A stretch of DNA of 64,000 nt, from positions 274-64,273 of the forward strand of contig CALRIM020000001.1 in NCBI GenBank assembly GCA_943360385.1. Reading direction: 5' to 3'. Source of the stretch: Rhizobium sp. Q54 (GTDB taxonomy: Bacteria > Bacteroidota > Bacteroidia > Sphingobacteriales > Sphingobacteriaceae). Shown in pieces: positions 31,833 to 41,600 of the stretch. Numbering within the stretch: position 1 is the stretch's first letter; each line of letters begins with the position of its first letter. The position numbers were made by a program, and so were the translations under genes. The notes beneath the pieces are model-generated. The model ran no database searches, was not told the origin of the DNA, and saw only the letters and a list, made by a program, of their open reading frames with translations.

Positions 31833-31863
31833 TTATTTTGCTTACGCAAAAAAAAATTTCCTT

Positions 31864-31947
31864 TGGTGGGGAGAGAAGGATTCGAACCTTCGAAACCGAA
31901 GTAACGGATTTACAGTCCGTCCCATTTGACCGCTCTGGAACCTCCCC
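31864..31947 (-). tRNA. tRNA-Tyr (anticodon GTA), long variable arm, encoded 3' CCA
   Basis: GGGGAGGTTCCAGAGCGGTCAAATGG..., anticodon loop CTGTAAA, ends ...TCTCCCCACCA. Confidence 0.9.
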
Positions 31948-31956
31948 AACGTTTTG

Positions 31957-32029
<73 letters not shown>

Positions 32030-32080
32030 TTTTAAAACATTTTTATTACCCTTTTATCAAAGAACTATTCGCTTACTTTT

Positions 32081-32103
32081 TCAAAGGGACTGCAAATGTA
32101 CGA
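32081..32103 (-). promoter_or_regulatory. Candidate promoter of the tRNA-tuf operon (-7 box TACATTTG within the shared motif CGTAyATTTGCAGTCCyTTTGA)
   Basis: Minus strand reads tcgTACATTTGcagtccctttga, about 60 nt upstream of the tRNA-Thr 5' end. Matches the Bacteroidetes TAnnTTTG consensus. Confidence 0.5.
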
Positions 32104-32261
32104 ATTTTATAATATCGTCAAAATCTATTTTAAAATATTTTTTAGATACCCTACGATTCCATAATCTTTATTTAAACCACTTTAAACTTCGTTTTTCGTA
32201 ACATTTTATAAATCACCACCCTACATATTGATTTTATCGCCCCTCCTCTCTAAATTAGAAA

Positions 32262-32297
32262 TAAAAAAAAAGGACCACTCTTAAGTAGTCCTTTCCT
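32262..32297 (-). terminator. Rho-independent terminator downstream of hpf
   Basis: Minus strand reads aggactact-taag-agtggtcct followed by T9. Confidence 0.7.
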
Positions 32298-32317
32298 TTT
32301 TTAGTCCTTTATTAAAC

Positions 32318-32662
32318 CTAATCGGCCATTTCATCTAAATAAAACGTCTCTACGTTGGCCGACGAATCGGTAATTTTACCTTTATATTTCTGAAGCTGCT
32401 TTTGAATCGACTCAAATGCTAAATCTGCCGCCTCTTCAAACGATTTACAATTCTCTTTCGCAAAAAACACCGTACCTGGTATCATCACCTTTACCTCTAG
32501 CACCTTGTTCTTCATATCTTCCGAAGATTTATCTAGTTTTAGAATAACTTCCCCGTCGATGATCTTATCAAAAAATGTATCTGTTTTATCCGCTTTTTTT
32601 TGAATAAAATCTAATAATTTTTGATCTGCAGTAAAATGTACCGATTGAACTCTAATTTTCAT
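32318..32662 (-). CDS. hpf: Ribosome hibernation promoting factor (short HPF/RaiA family)
   Basis: 114 aa. MKIRVQSVHFTADQKLLDFIQKKADK... is typical of the sigma-54 modulation/S30EA family. Confidence 0.85.
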   Translation of the reverse strand: MKIRVQSVHFTADQKLLDFIQKKADKTDTFFDKIIDGEVILKLDKSSEDMKNKVLEVKVMIPGTVFFAKENCKSFEEAADLAFESIQKQLQKYKGKITDSSANVETFYLDEMAD

Positions 32663-32677
32663 GTTGTTTCCCTTTCG

Positions 32678-33556
32678 TTAACTTTTTGGATGTGCTTGTT
32701 TGTAAATATTTTTTAATTTCTCAATTGAATTATGTGTGTACACCTGTGTGGCCGCTAAACTAGAATGACCTAAAATCTCTTTTATCGCATTTAAATCGGC
32801 TCCATTATTTAACATGTGCGTCGCAAATGTATGTCGCAATACGTGTGGACTCCTTTTTTGAATAGTGGTTACATTCGATAATTCCGACTTCACTAATCGG
32901 TATACATATTTCGTGTACAAAGGCTCCCCCTTTGTATTACAAAAGTAAAATTCGTTATTCCCAATACTATGACTTTTCTCATTTAAATATAAATTCATTA
33001 ATGGTATTAAATGATCTGATATTGGTATTATTCTTTCTTTATTTCTTTTTCCTAAAACCTTAATTTGCAAGCTAGCAATATTTACATCAGAAGTTTTTAA
33101 ATTAATAAGTTCCGAAACCCTTACCCCTGTAGCATAGAACAACTCTAATATCAATCTGTTTCGTATTCCTTCAAATGTTTGTTCAAAATCGTTTACTTGT
33201 AATAAATTTTCCATCCCTACTTCATCCACAAATTGTGGAAGTCGCTTAGGTACTTTTGGACTAATAACCTTAAGCATAGGAGATTGAATTATCTCTCCTT
33301 CTTTTTGAAGAAATTTATAGTATGATTTTAATGTGGAAATTTTTCGATTTATACTTTTACTTTTCATGCCTGAGTCCATTAATTGAACGATCCAAGAGCG
33401 AATAAAAGTATGCGGGATTTGGGATAAATCTTCTATTTCAAATTGCAATTTTATATAATCGCTAAATGATTGTAAATCCGATTTATACGCAGTAATTGTA
33501 TGTACCGAGAAGCGTTTCTCGTATTGAAGGTACCGGAAAAATGATTCGTTTAACAT
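32678..33556 (-). CDS. Tyrosine recombinase, XerC/XerD-like
   Basis: About 292 aa with an N-terminal SAM-like core-binding domain and C-terminal RHTFATHML...LGHSSLAATQVYTH catalytic motifs. The ATG at 33556 is preferred over TTG 33559. Confidence 0.8.
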   Translation of the reverse strand: MLNESFFRYLQYEKRFSVHTITAYKSDLQSFSDYIKLQFEIEDLSQIPHTFIRSWIVQLMDSGMKSKSINRKISTLKSYYKFLQKEGEIIQSPMLKVISPKVPKRLPQFVDEVGMENLLQVNDFEQTFEGIRNRLILELFYATGVRVSELINLKTSDVNIASLQIKVLGKRNKERIIPISDHLIPLMNLYLNEKSHSIGNNEFYFCNTKGEPLYTKYVYRLVKSELSNVTTIQKRSPHVLRHTFATHMLNNGADLNAIKEILGHSSLAATQVYTHNSIEKLKNIYKQAHPKS

Positions 33557-33598
33557 CAAAAAAAAAGTTGTACCTGATATTTAAATCAAGGTACAACT
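33557..33598 (-). terminator. Rho-independent terminator downstream of rpsU, abutting the recombinase start codon
   Basis: agttgtacct / aggtacaact, a perfect 10-bp stem. On the minus strand it is followed by T9 and then g-ATG. Confidence 0.7.
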
Positions 33599-33618
33599 TC
33601 TTTATATGGAAAACAAAA

Positions 33619-33807
33619 TTAAATTTCTGAATTTAAAGTTTGTTTGTAAACAGCTCTTTTTACTACGGTTCTACGTGTAACAGATCTTTTTTCATATGCT
33701 TGGCGGCTACGTAGTTCGCGAAGAACTCCAGTTTTTTCAAACTTCTTCTTGAAACGTTTTAACGCTTTATCAATTGATTCGTTTTCTTTAATATTGATAA
33801 TGATCAT
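33619..33807 (-). CDS. rpsU: 30S ribosomal protein S21
   Basis: 62 aa containing ESIDKALKRFKKKFEKTGVLRELRSRQAYEK. Confidence 0.95.
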   Translation of the reverse strand: MIIINIKENESIDKALKRFKKKFEKTGVLRELRSRQAYEKRSVTRRTVVKRAVYKQTLNSEI

Positions 33808-33828
33808 ATGGTATACCTCTTTTCTCCA

Positions 33829-33854
33829 TCAAAGGATGGGATGCAAATGTACGA
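33829..33854 (-). promoter_or_regulatory. Candidate rpsU promoter (-7 box TACATTTG, shared motif); more TTTGCA boxes lie upstream
   Basis: Minus strand reads tcgTACATTTGcatcccatcctttga. Region 33841-33880 holds repeated tgcaaat(g/a)t units. Confidence 0.5.
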
Positions 33855-33915
33855 TAAATGTGCAAATATGCAAATGTGCAGATGCGAAAAAATTAAAAAT
33901 CAGCATATCAGCATA

Positions 33916-35088
33916 TTATCTCAATACGTCGCGGGCTATCACTAGCTTCTGAATCTCTGAAGTTCCTTCGCCGATAGTACAAAGCTTAGAATCGCGATAG
34001 AACTTTTCTACAGGGAAATCCTTTGTATAGCCATATCCACCGAATATTTGTACTGCTTCTGTTGATGCCCAAACACATACTTCAGAGGCATAATACTTAG
34101 CCATTGCCGATTCCTTTGTCATCTTAACGCCTCTATTTTTCATATCAGCAGCTTGTAATATTAACAATTCCGATGCTTCAATTTTAGTGGCCATATCAGC
34201 CAATTTAAAGGCGATAGCTTGGAAATTTGAGATAGGTTGACCAAATTGGTGTCTTTCTTTTGAATAGGCTAGAGCCGCTTCATAAGCTCCTTTAGCAATA
34301 CCTAATGATAGGGCTGCTATTGAAATTCTTCCGCCATCTAGTATTTGCATTGCTTGACGGAACCCCATACCCACCTCACCTAACATATTTTCTTTAGGAA
34401 CTCTGCAGTTATCGAAAATCATTTCTGTTGTTTCCGAAGCTCTCATTCCTAATTTATTTTCTTTTTTACCTGCCGAAAATCCTGGAGTTCCTCTTTCTAC
34501 TACAATAGCAGAAATTCCATTCGAATCCCCAATTTCACCAGTCCTAACCATTACTACTGCTACATCCCCAGATTTACCATGTGTAATCCAGTTCTTTGCA
34601 CCATTTAATACGTAATGATCACCATCTAATACCGCTGTAGTTGTCATACGTAAGGCATCTGAACCTGTATTGGCTTCGGTTAATCCCCAAGCACCAATCC
34701 ATTCGCCAGTAGCCAATTTGGTTAACCATTTGCGTTTTTGCTCTTCATTACCAAAATACATGATATGACCTGTACATAATGAATTATGTGCCGCCATCGA
34801 TAATCCCACCGACCCGCAAACTTTGGCTATTTCAACAATTGCTGCTACGTATTCAAAGTACCCTAGGCCTGCACCTCCATATTCTTCTGGAACCAACACT
34901 CCTAAAAGTCCTAATTCCCCCATTTTCTTTAATGTTTCTACTGGAAAAGTTTGAGCTTCATCCCAAATCATAAAGTCTGGACGAATATGTTTTTCGGCAA
35001 AATCCTTTGCCATATTAGCTACCATTTTTACGCTCTCGCTAGTCGACATGTCGAATGCGCCTGCCATTTCAGTTGTTGTGTTTGCCAT
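33916..35088 (-). CDS. Acyl-CoA dehydrogenase
   Basis: 390 aa with the three-domain ACAD pattern (GLTEANTGSDA, ...YEGTSEIQ-like GEGTSEIQKLVIAR). Confidence 0.9.
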   Translation of the reverse strand: MANTTTEMAGAFDMSTSESVKMVANMAKDFAEKHIRPDFMIWDEAQTFPVETLKKMGELGLLGVLVPEEYGGAGLGYFEYVAAIVEIAKVCGSVGLSMAAHNSLCTGHIMYFGNEEQKRKWLTKLATGEWIGAWGLTEANTGSDALRMTTTAVLDGDHYVLNGAKNWITHGKSGDVAVVMVRTGEIGDSNGISAIVVERGTPGFSAGKKENKLGMRASETTEMIFDNCRVPKENMLGEVGMGFRQAMQILDGGRISIAALSLGIAKGAYEAALAYSKERHQFGQPISNFQAIAFKLADMATKIEASELLILQAADMKNRGVKMTKESAMAKYYASEVCVWASTEAVQIFGGYGYTKDFPVEKFYRDSKLCTIGEGTSEIQKLVIARDVLR

Positions 35089-35093
35089 AATGC

Positions 35094-35621
35094 TTAATAG
35101 TTCGCTAAAGTAATAATATTCGGCGAAAAGCTCTTTAACTTTTCATTTGCTCCTAAAAAATCTAACCCTATAATAAAAGAATAGGCAATAAGTTCTCCTC
35201 CCGACATTTTTATTAAGTCGGAGCTTGCTATAACAGTGCCTCCTGTGGCTAATAAATCATCGTGAATTACTACTCTCTGCCCTTTTTTTATGGCATCCTT
35301 ATGAATTTCAATACAAGCAGAGCCATATTCTAAATCGTACTCCACCGAAAAGCAATCTGCAGGCAACTTTCCTTTCTTACGTATTGGAACAAAAGGAATA
35401 TTTAAGGCATTTGCTATTAACATTCCGAATAAAAAACCTCTACTTTCCACTCCAACAATAATATCAGGGTTTAGTCCTCTTAATCGTTCTGCAAACTCTT
35501 GTGTAATTTCTCTACATAATTCAACATCATGTAGTATCGGAGTAATATCCTTAAAGAGTATTCCTTCTTTCGGAAAATCAGGAACATCTCTAACAGTTTG
35601 TTTAATTTTTTGCTCAATCAT
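35094..35621 (-). CDS. apt: Adenine phosphoribosyltransferase
   Basis: Start trimmed to ATG 35621 (MIEQKIKQTVRDVPDFPKEGILFKDITPIL). PRPP motif VVIHDDLLATGGT. Confidence 0.92.
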   Translation of the reverse strand: MIEQKIKQTVRDVPDFPKEGILFKDITPILHDVELCREITQEFAERLRGLNPDIIVGVESRGFLFGMLIANALNIPFVPIRKKGKLPADCFSVEYDLEYGSACIEIHKDAIKKGQRVVIHDDLLATGGTVIASSDLIKMSGGELIAYSFIIGLDFLGANEKLKSFSPNIITLANY

Positions 35622-36489
35622 TGCTGGTTGTAATATATGCTTCAATTTTACTGAAAATATCTGCATTCATCACATGTATTTGAAACAAATCTTCAATTTT
35701 TAAATATTCACCATGTTGCAATCGGAAATTAACAATTAGTTTTGCCAAAGAATAACCAATATAAGGGTGAGCCCCTAATTCTTTTACGTCTGCTGTATTA
35801 ATATTTATTTTCTTTACCGATTTAGTTATTGAAATATTTTGTTGCAATTGTACATAAGTCGCACTATCCATTCCCCACACTTCTTTCATTTGTTCAATGT
35901 TTATAAACCCTCCAAGTCGTTCTCTATATTTATAAATTCTAATCGACATGCTTTTACTTACCCCTCTAATTCCATCTATTTCATTAGTATCTGCAGCGTT
36001 CAACTCTATTTTAACAGGCTGTTTTTTTATCAAAAAAATATTATCAAAATATTTTTTTTCTGGAAAAAATTTTAAATGAGGATATAAAATTTGTTTGATT
36101 ACAGTATCCAACTCTTTACAATTATCGAAATCGGATTTAGTATAAATTGATTTTCCGCTTTTCTGCAAATTCACAACCTGATTAATCTGTGTATTTACTA
36201 ACCCAATATCTCTCAAATTATTTTCATCAAAATATTTAAAATATTTTAAGTGGTTTTTTGTTTTAAAACGAGAAAAATTATTGACAGAATCTAATACTTT
36301 AGCGTCGTAATATTTAAGTTCCTCCTCTACTATAATAGTATAATCATCGCTATTCAATATATATTCAATTTCATTACTCTGGTAGATCAAATACCCTAGC
36401 AGGGAAAACCAGATGGTAAACAATACAAATAGGCCCCTACGTTCTTTTTTTGGAAATGCAAAATACTCCCTCAACACCTTCTTCCACAT
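35614..36489 (-). CDS. ComEA-like helix-hairpin-helix DNA-binding membrane protein
   Basis: N-terminal TM and two HhH regions (ELNAADTNEIDGIRGV..., NINTADVKELGAHPYIG...). The ATG at 36489 is preferred over GTG 36492. Confidence 0.7.
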   Translation of the reverse strand: MWKKVLREYFAFPKKERRGLFVLFTIWFSLLGYLIYQSNEIEYILNSDDYTIIVEEELKYYDAKVLDSVNNFSRFKTKNHLKYFKYFDENNLRDIGLVNTQINQVVNLQKSGKSIYTKSDFDNCKELDTVIKQILYPHLKFFPEKKYFDNIFLIKKQPVKIELNAADTNEIDGIRGVSKSMSIRIYKYRERLGGFINIEQMKEVWGMDSATYVQLQQNISITKSVKKININTADVKELGAHPYIGYSLAKLIVNFRLQHGEYLKIEDLFQIHVMNADIFSKIEAYITTSND

Positions 36490-36561
36490 CACAAAAATAT
36501 TTTTGTTACATAATACTCAAATATCGTATTAATGCTTTAAATTAGTAGTCATATTTTATTA

Positions 36562-38310
36562 TTGAAGAGCGTGGAAATTATTTCTAAAAAGGATTTTAAA
36601 TCGGCAACAAAATTAGATAAGCTAATGCTTCCCGGCTTAGCAAATTTATTGATGGAAGTGATGAAGATTAACGACGTCAATAAATTATACACAAAGTTTC
36701 ATGAACTAGAGGGATTAGATTTTGTAGATGGTATTTTAGATGGTCTTGGAATTAAAATAGAAATCGACGAAAAAGAATTAAATAATATTCCAAAAGAAGG
36801 CGCATTTATTGCAATAGCTAACCATCCTTATGGTGGTGTAGAAGGGTTGATTTTATTGAAGATTCTTTGCATGCAGAGACCAGATGTAAAATTAATGGCA
36901 AATTTCTTATTAAAGAAAATTCCAAATTTATCTGAATATTTCATTGCTGTAAATCCGTTCGAAAACGTAAAAAATGCATCGAGTATTTCTGGGCTAAAAA
37001 CTACACTCGAACAATTACAACAAGGCAATCCAATTGGAATATTTCCAGCAGGCGAAGTATCTGCTTATAATTCCAAAACTCAAAAGGTAATGGATAAACA
37101 ATGGAGTCCTGTAGTAGGGAAAATAATCAGTAAAGCAGGTGTTCCTGTTTTGCCAGTATATTTCCATGGAAACAATGGATTATTATTTAACCTACTTGGC
37201 TTTATTCATCCAACATTAAGAACTGCTCGTTTACCATACGAGTTATTCAACAAAAAAGGATATACTATAAAAATGCGAATTGGAAAACCAATTGCATACG
37301 ATGAAATAAAAAAACTCTCCGCACAAAATAAAGTGCTTCCATACTTAAGAGCTCGAACATATGCTTTAGGTTCTGGAATTGAAGTGAAGAAATTTTTCAG
37401 CAGTAAACTTTTCAGCATTAAATCTTCTCCAGACAATATAGTTCCAGAAACACCAACAGAATTAATTTTAAAAGAACTTGAAGGGATTAAAGATAAACTC
37501 GTAATGTCTGAAAAGAATTATGATGTGTACTTATCTGGAGCTGCAAGTATGCCAAATATTATAAATGAAATTGGGCGTTTGCGAGAAATTACTTTTAGGG
37601 AAGTTGGAGAAGGTACAAACAAAAAAATAGACCTAGATGAGTATGACTTATATTACAGCCATTTATTTATTTGGGATAGAGAAGCTCAGAAAATTGTAGG
37701 TGCTTATAGGGTTGGCAAAGGAGATGAAATATTTTTCCGATACGGATCTCGTGGATTTTACATCACCAATTTATTCAAGGTTAAATCTGGATTCAATCCT
37801 ATTATGAAAGCAGGGTTAGAGTTAGGGAGATCTTTTGTACGTAAAGAATACCAACAAAAGGCTTTACCCTTGTTTTTATTATGGAAAGGTTTGTTGATGT
37901 TCTCCTTAAAAAATCCTGAGTATCGCTACATGTTTGGACCAGTAAGCATTAGTAACAATTTTTCGAAACTTTCTAAAACGTTAATTATTGAGTTTATTAA
38001 AAATAATTGTTTTGACAAAGCACTTGAAAAATTTGTTACCCCTAAAAAACAATTTTATGCAGAGCTACCGGCAATAGATTCAGAAGTTTTATTAAACAAT
38101 AAAGATTCTATCAAATCGCTTGATAGTTTAATTTCCGAAATCGAAATTAATCATAATAAAGTTCCAGTATTGCTTCGCCAATATATTCAACTCAATGCAA
38201 AAATTATTGGTTTCAATGTAGACCCAAAATTCAATGATGCTATCGACGGGTTCTTAGTACTTGATATTAAAAATATTCCAGAAGAGACGTTTAAGATGCT
38301 CGGGAAATAA
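36562..38310 (+). CDS. Bifunctional acyltransferase, OlsF-like (PlsC-type O-acyltransferase N-domain plus OlsB/GNAT-like N-acyltransferase C-domain)
   Basis: 582 aa. N-domain has ANHPYGGVEG (HX4-5[DE]) and FPAGEVS boxes. The C-domain resembles hemolysin-like/OlsB N-acyltransferases. The start is uncertain (TTG 36562, GTG 36571). Confidence 0.6.
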   Translation: MKSVEIISKKDFKSATKLDKLMLPGLANLLMEVMKINDVNKLYTKFHELEGLDFVDGILDGLGIKIEIDEKELNNIPKEGAFIAIANHPYGGVEGLILLKILCMQRPDVKLMANFLLKKIPNLSEYFIAVNPFENVKNASSISGLKTTLEQLQQGNPIGIFPAGEVSAYNSKTQKVMDKQWSPVVGKIISKAGVPVLPVYFHGNNGLLFNLLGFIHPTLRTARLPYELFNKKGYTIKMRIGKPIAYDEIKKLSAQNKVLPYLRARTYALGSGIEVKKFFSSKLFSIKSSPDNIVPETPTELILKELEGIKDKLVMSEKNYDVYLSGAASMPNIINEIGRLREITFREVGEGTNKKIDLDEYDLYYSHLFIWDREAQKIVGAYRVGKGDEIFFRYGSRGFYITNLFKVKSGFNPIMKAGLELGRSFVRKEYQQKALPLFLLWKGLLMFSLKNPEYRYMFGPVSISNNFSKLSKTLIIEFIKNNCFDKALEKFVTPKKQFYAELPAIDSEVLLNNKDSIKSLDSLISEIEINHNKVPVLLRQYIQLNAKIIGFNVDPKFNDAIDGFLVLDIKNIPEETFKMLGK

Positions 38311-38311
38311 T

Positions 38312-38357
38312 GAGTATCGGGTATCGGGTATCGGGTATCGAGTATCGGGTAGCAGGT
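38312..38357. repeat. 7-nt tandem repeat GGTATCG x5-6, directly after the stop codon
   Basis: gagtatcgggtatcgggtatcgggtatcgagtatcgggtagcaggta. Confidence 0.9.
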
Positions 38358-38380
38358 AAAAGAAATTAGAAATAAAGGGA

Positions 38381-38542
38381 AGCTAGCGTAGCTCGACTTC
38401 TTAATATAATATATACTAGCTGAGCTCGGACTCTCAATTGATAATATACTAGCTGAGCTCAACGTCCAAATTAAGAATATACTAGCTGAGCTCGACGTCC
38501 AAATTAAGAATATGCTAGCTGAGCTCGACGTCCACGTCGAGC
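38381..38542. repeat. About 33-nt tandem repeat x4.5 ending in the 20-nt palindrome GCTCGACGTCCACGTCGAGC
   Basis: Units at 38412, 38445, 38478 and 38511 (atactagctgagctcgacgtccaaattaagaat). The last unit closes as the hairpin 38523-38542. Confidence 0.9.
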
Positions 38543-38617
38543 AAAAAAAACAATCAAACAACTATCGACAGAATTCTAAAGCCGCTCTCCTGCAGATAGG
38601 TGTTGGAATGAAGACAT

Positions 38618-38655
38618 AAAAAAAGCCCTGAATTTCTTCAGGGCTAAATTTTTCA
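38618..38655. terminator. Bidirectional rho-independent terminator between convergent genes
   Basis: gccctgaa-tttc-ttcagggc with an A-run before and a T-run after. Confidence 0.8.
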
Positions 38656-38672
38656 AATCTTTTAAACAAAAA

Positions 38673-41600
38673 CTATTTTACTATTGTCAATCTGGTAGAA
38701 CTTGCTACGTTGTTTCCAATTACTTTAACGATATATAAACCATTTTCTAAGTTCGAAACATTAACATGTACTTGGTGTGTACCTGCTTGTAATTGTTCGT
38801 TCGAATTAATAGTTAATAACTCTTTTCCTTGGATATTATAAACCACTACATTCACAACATTTGAACTAGCTAATTCGAATTGAATAGTAGCTTCACTTGA
38901 TGTAGGGTTTGGATATACTAATAAACCTTTGATAGTTTTTTCTTGAGCAATACCTGTTGGGATAAAGCTGTAGTTATTATTTTGAGGATCCCAATTAGCC
39001 CAACCTTGAGTCCAATCTTCCGAACCAAATGCTCCTTTAAAAGCAGTAGTTGTAAAGAATGAATTAGTTAAACGAGCATCTGCAAAGCTAGCTCCTGTTA
39101 ATACTGGTGAACCTACTGAAGGAACACAGTTTGGAACTGCTGCATAAGGTGCAGTTAATTGAACATCTGTATTATTTGTTAAAATTGAATTACCAAAAGC
39201 AGGTGTATTAAACCAAGCTGTTACATCAAAAGAAGCAGCAGTTTTCTTTAATGGAGTTGCACAACCTGCAATTACGTTATTTTTAAATAACAATTGATCA
39301 GTACTTGCATTGTTAGCAGATGAATCTCCTTCTACATATAATCCAGTTGGGAATCCCATGAATACTGAATTGAATGCCGAACAAGCTGAGTTTCTTCTTA
39401 AACGTAATGCATTATTAAATTTAGAGTTAATAACAGTAGAAGCATCTGCTTTAGGTCCTACAACTGTTACGTTAGAGAAATTTGCTTTTGTTTTAGGACG
39501 AGCTTGATTAGTACCTGTGTTATCGTTATCAGACTCGAATCCGTTTGAATCTCCTGCTTGATCTGCAACATCTTTATCTCTTACTACTAAACCAAACTGA
39601 ACATTACCTTGGTAACCAAAATCTGTATCGAAATCGTCATCTACTCCTTTGTAAGCGATTAAGTGCTTAGCATTAACTGTTCCACCAAACCACTCATATG
39701 AATCGTCGCCAGAGAACGCAACCATAATGTATTCGATTACTGTTTTGTTTCCAACACCACCCATTGTTAAACCATTAATTTCATTGTTTGCAGAGAAAGG
39801 AATACCTGCATACTCAATACGAATATATCTTAATACACCAGAACTATCTTGTGTATTTGTACCACCATATTGACCGTCGCCAGCTGCATTATTCACACCA
39901 CCTTCGATAATTGCTTGTCCACCTACTGGATTTACTGGTGCTGCTCCTAAAAGTATTAAACCACCCCAATCACCATACGTTCTGTTTCCTGCTTGTTCAT
40001 CTGATGTGAAAATGATAGGACTTGTTTTAGTTCCGTTTGCTATTAATTTTCCACCACGAGTTACAATTAACGAACCTTTAGTTGACTTAATACCACGAAT
40101 AATAGTTCCAGCTTGAATAGTTAATGTTGCATTTGAATCAACATAAACAAATCCATCTAGTCTATAAATTTTATCGCTTGTCCAAGTAGTGTTTGAAGTA
40201 ACATGACCTGAAACTACAACTAAGTCGGCATTAACTGGTAACTCAGTGATTTTTACTGTATCTGTTACAATAATATTATTTGCACCGTTAGTTGCAGTTA
40301 AACTTACTACATAATTTCCTAAAGCATTATAAGAATGAACTGGATTTACATCGTTAGACACTGCTGTATTATCTCCAAAATTCCAAGTGAATGAACTTGC
40401 TTTTTGTGAATTATTTACAAACGTAACTTTATCTCTATTTACTGATTTTGTAAAACTAGCAATTGGAGTTACCGATTCGTAATTATTATTTTGTGGATCC
40501 CAACTAGTCCAACCTAATGTCCAATCATCTGAACCAAATGCACCTTTATAAGTTGTTGATGTAAAGAATGAATTTGTTAATCTAGTATCTGTGAAGTCAG
40601 CACCTGTTAATGCTGGAGAACCTACTGCTGGTAAGCAATTCGGAACTGCTGCATAAGCTGCTGTTAACATAACATCGCTGTTATTAGCTAATGTAGAGTT
40701 GTTATAACCAGTAGTTGCATACCATGCATCGATATCAAATGCTGTTACATTTTTTCTCAATGGAGTTGCACAACCTGCGATAATATTATTTTTAAATCTT
40801 AATTGATTAGTAGTAGCATTATTCGCTGATGAATCACCTTCAACATACAATCCATAAGCAAAGCCCATAAAAATTGAGTTATATGCAGAACATCCAGAAT
40901 TTCTACGAATTCTTAACGCATTATTATATTTAGAATTTATAACTGTAGATGCATCTGCTTTCGGACCAACAATTGTTACGTTAGAAAAATTAGCTAATGT
41001 TTTTGGAGTAGCTTGGTTAGTTCCAGTATTATCGTTATCTGATTCGAAACCGTTTGAATCACCAGCTTGATCAGCTACGTCTTTATCTCTTACAACTAAT
41101 CCGAACTGTACGTTACCAATGTATCCAAAATCTGTATCGAAATCATCGTCAACACCTTTGTAGGCAATTAAATGCTTTGCATTTACAGTACCACCAAACC
41201 ATTCGAAAGAATCATCTCCAGAGAAAGCAACCATTACATAATCAATAGTAGTTCCTTTACCAACACCACCCATAGTTAATCCATTGATTTCGTTATTTGC
41301 AGAAAAAGGAATACCTGCATACTCAATTCTTACATAACGAAGAATACCAGAATTATCATTTGCATTAGTTCCGCCATACTGTCCGTCGCCGTTAGCATTA
41401 TTTACACCACCTTCGATAACTGATTGGCCACCTACTGGATTAATTGGTGCAGCGCCTAATAAAATAACACCTCCCCAATCGCCATAGGTTCTTACGCCTG
41501 CAGCTTCATCTGAAGTAAATACAATTGGTAATTGTTTAGTACCATCGGCAATTAATTTTCCACCTCTGGTTACAATTAATGAACCTTTAGTAGCTTTTAC

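Noticed and set aside
32678-33556. Tyrosine recombinase next to a tRNA cluster as the integrase of an integrated element
   Set aside because: Both flanks are core genes (rpsU, hpf, the tRNA-tuf block). No direct repeat of a tRNA 3' end was seen and there are no cargo genes. As I recall, this rpsU-recombinase-hpf arrangement is conserved in Bacteroidota.
38381-38542. Possible CRISPR array (regular ~33-nt units with palindromic cores)
   Set aside because: The units are directly tandem with no unique spacers between them. There are only about 4.5 copies and no cas genes in the window. It is a satellite-like tandem repeat.
38187-38561. 124-aa minus-strand ORF from the track (repetitive WTSSSASIFLI peptide)
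   Set aside because: It is produced by translating the 33-nt tandem repeat and the GGTATCG array, and it overlaps the 3' end of the OlsF-like gene. The periodic low-complexity peptide is a repeat artefact.
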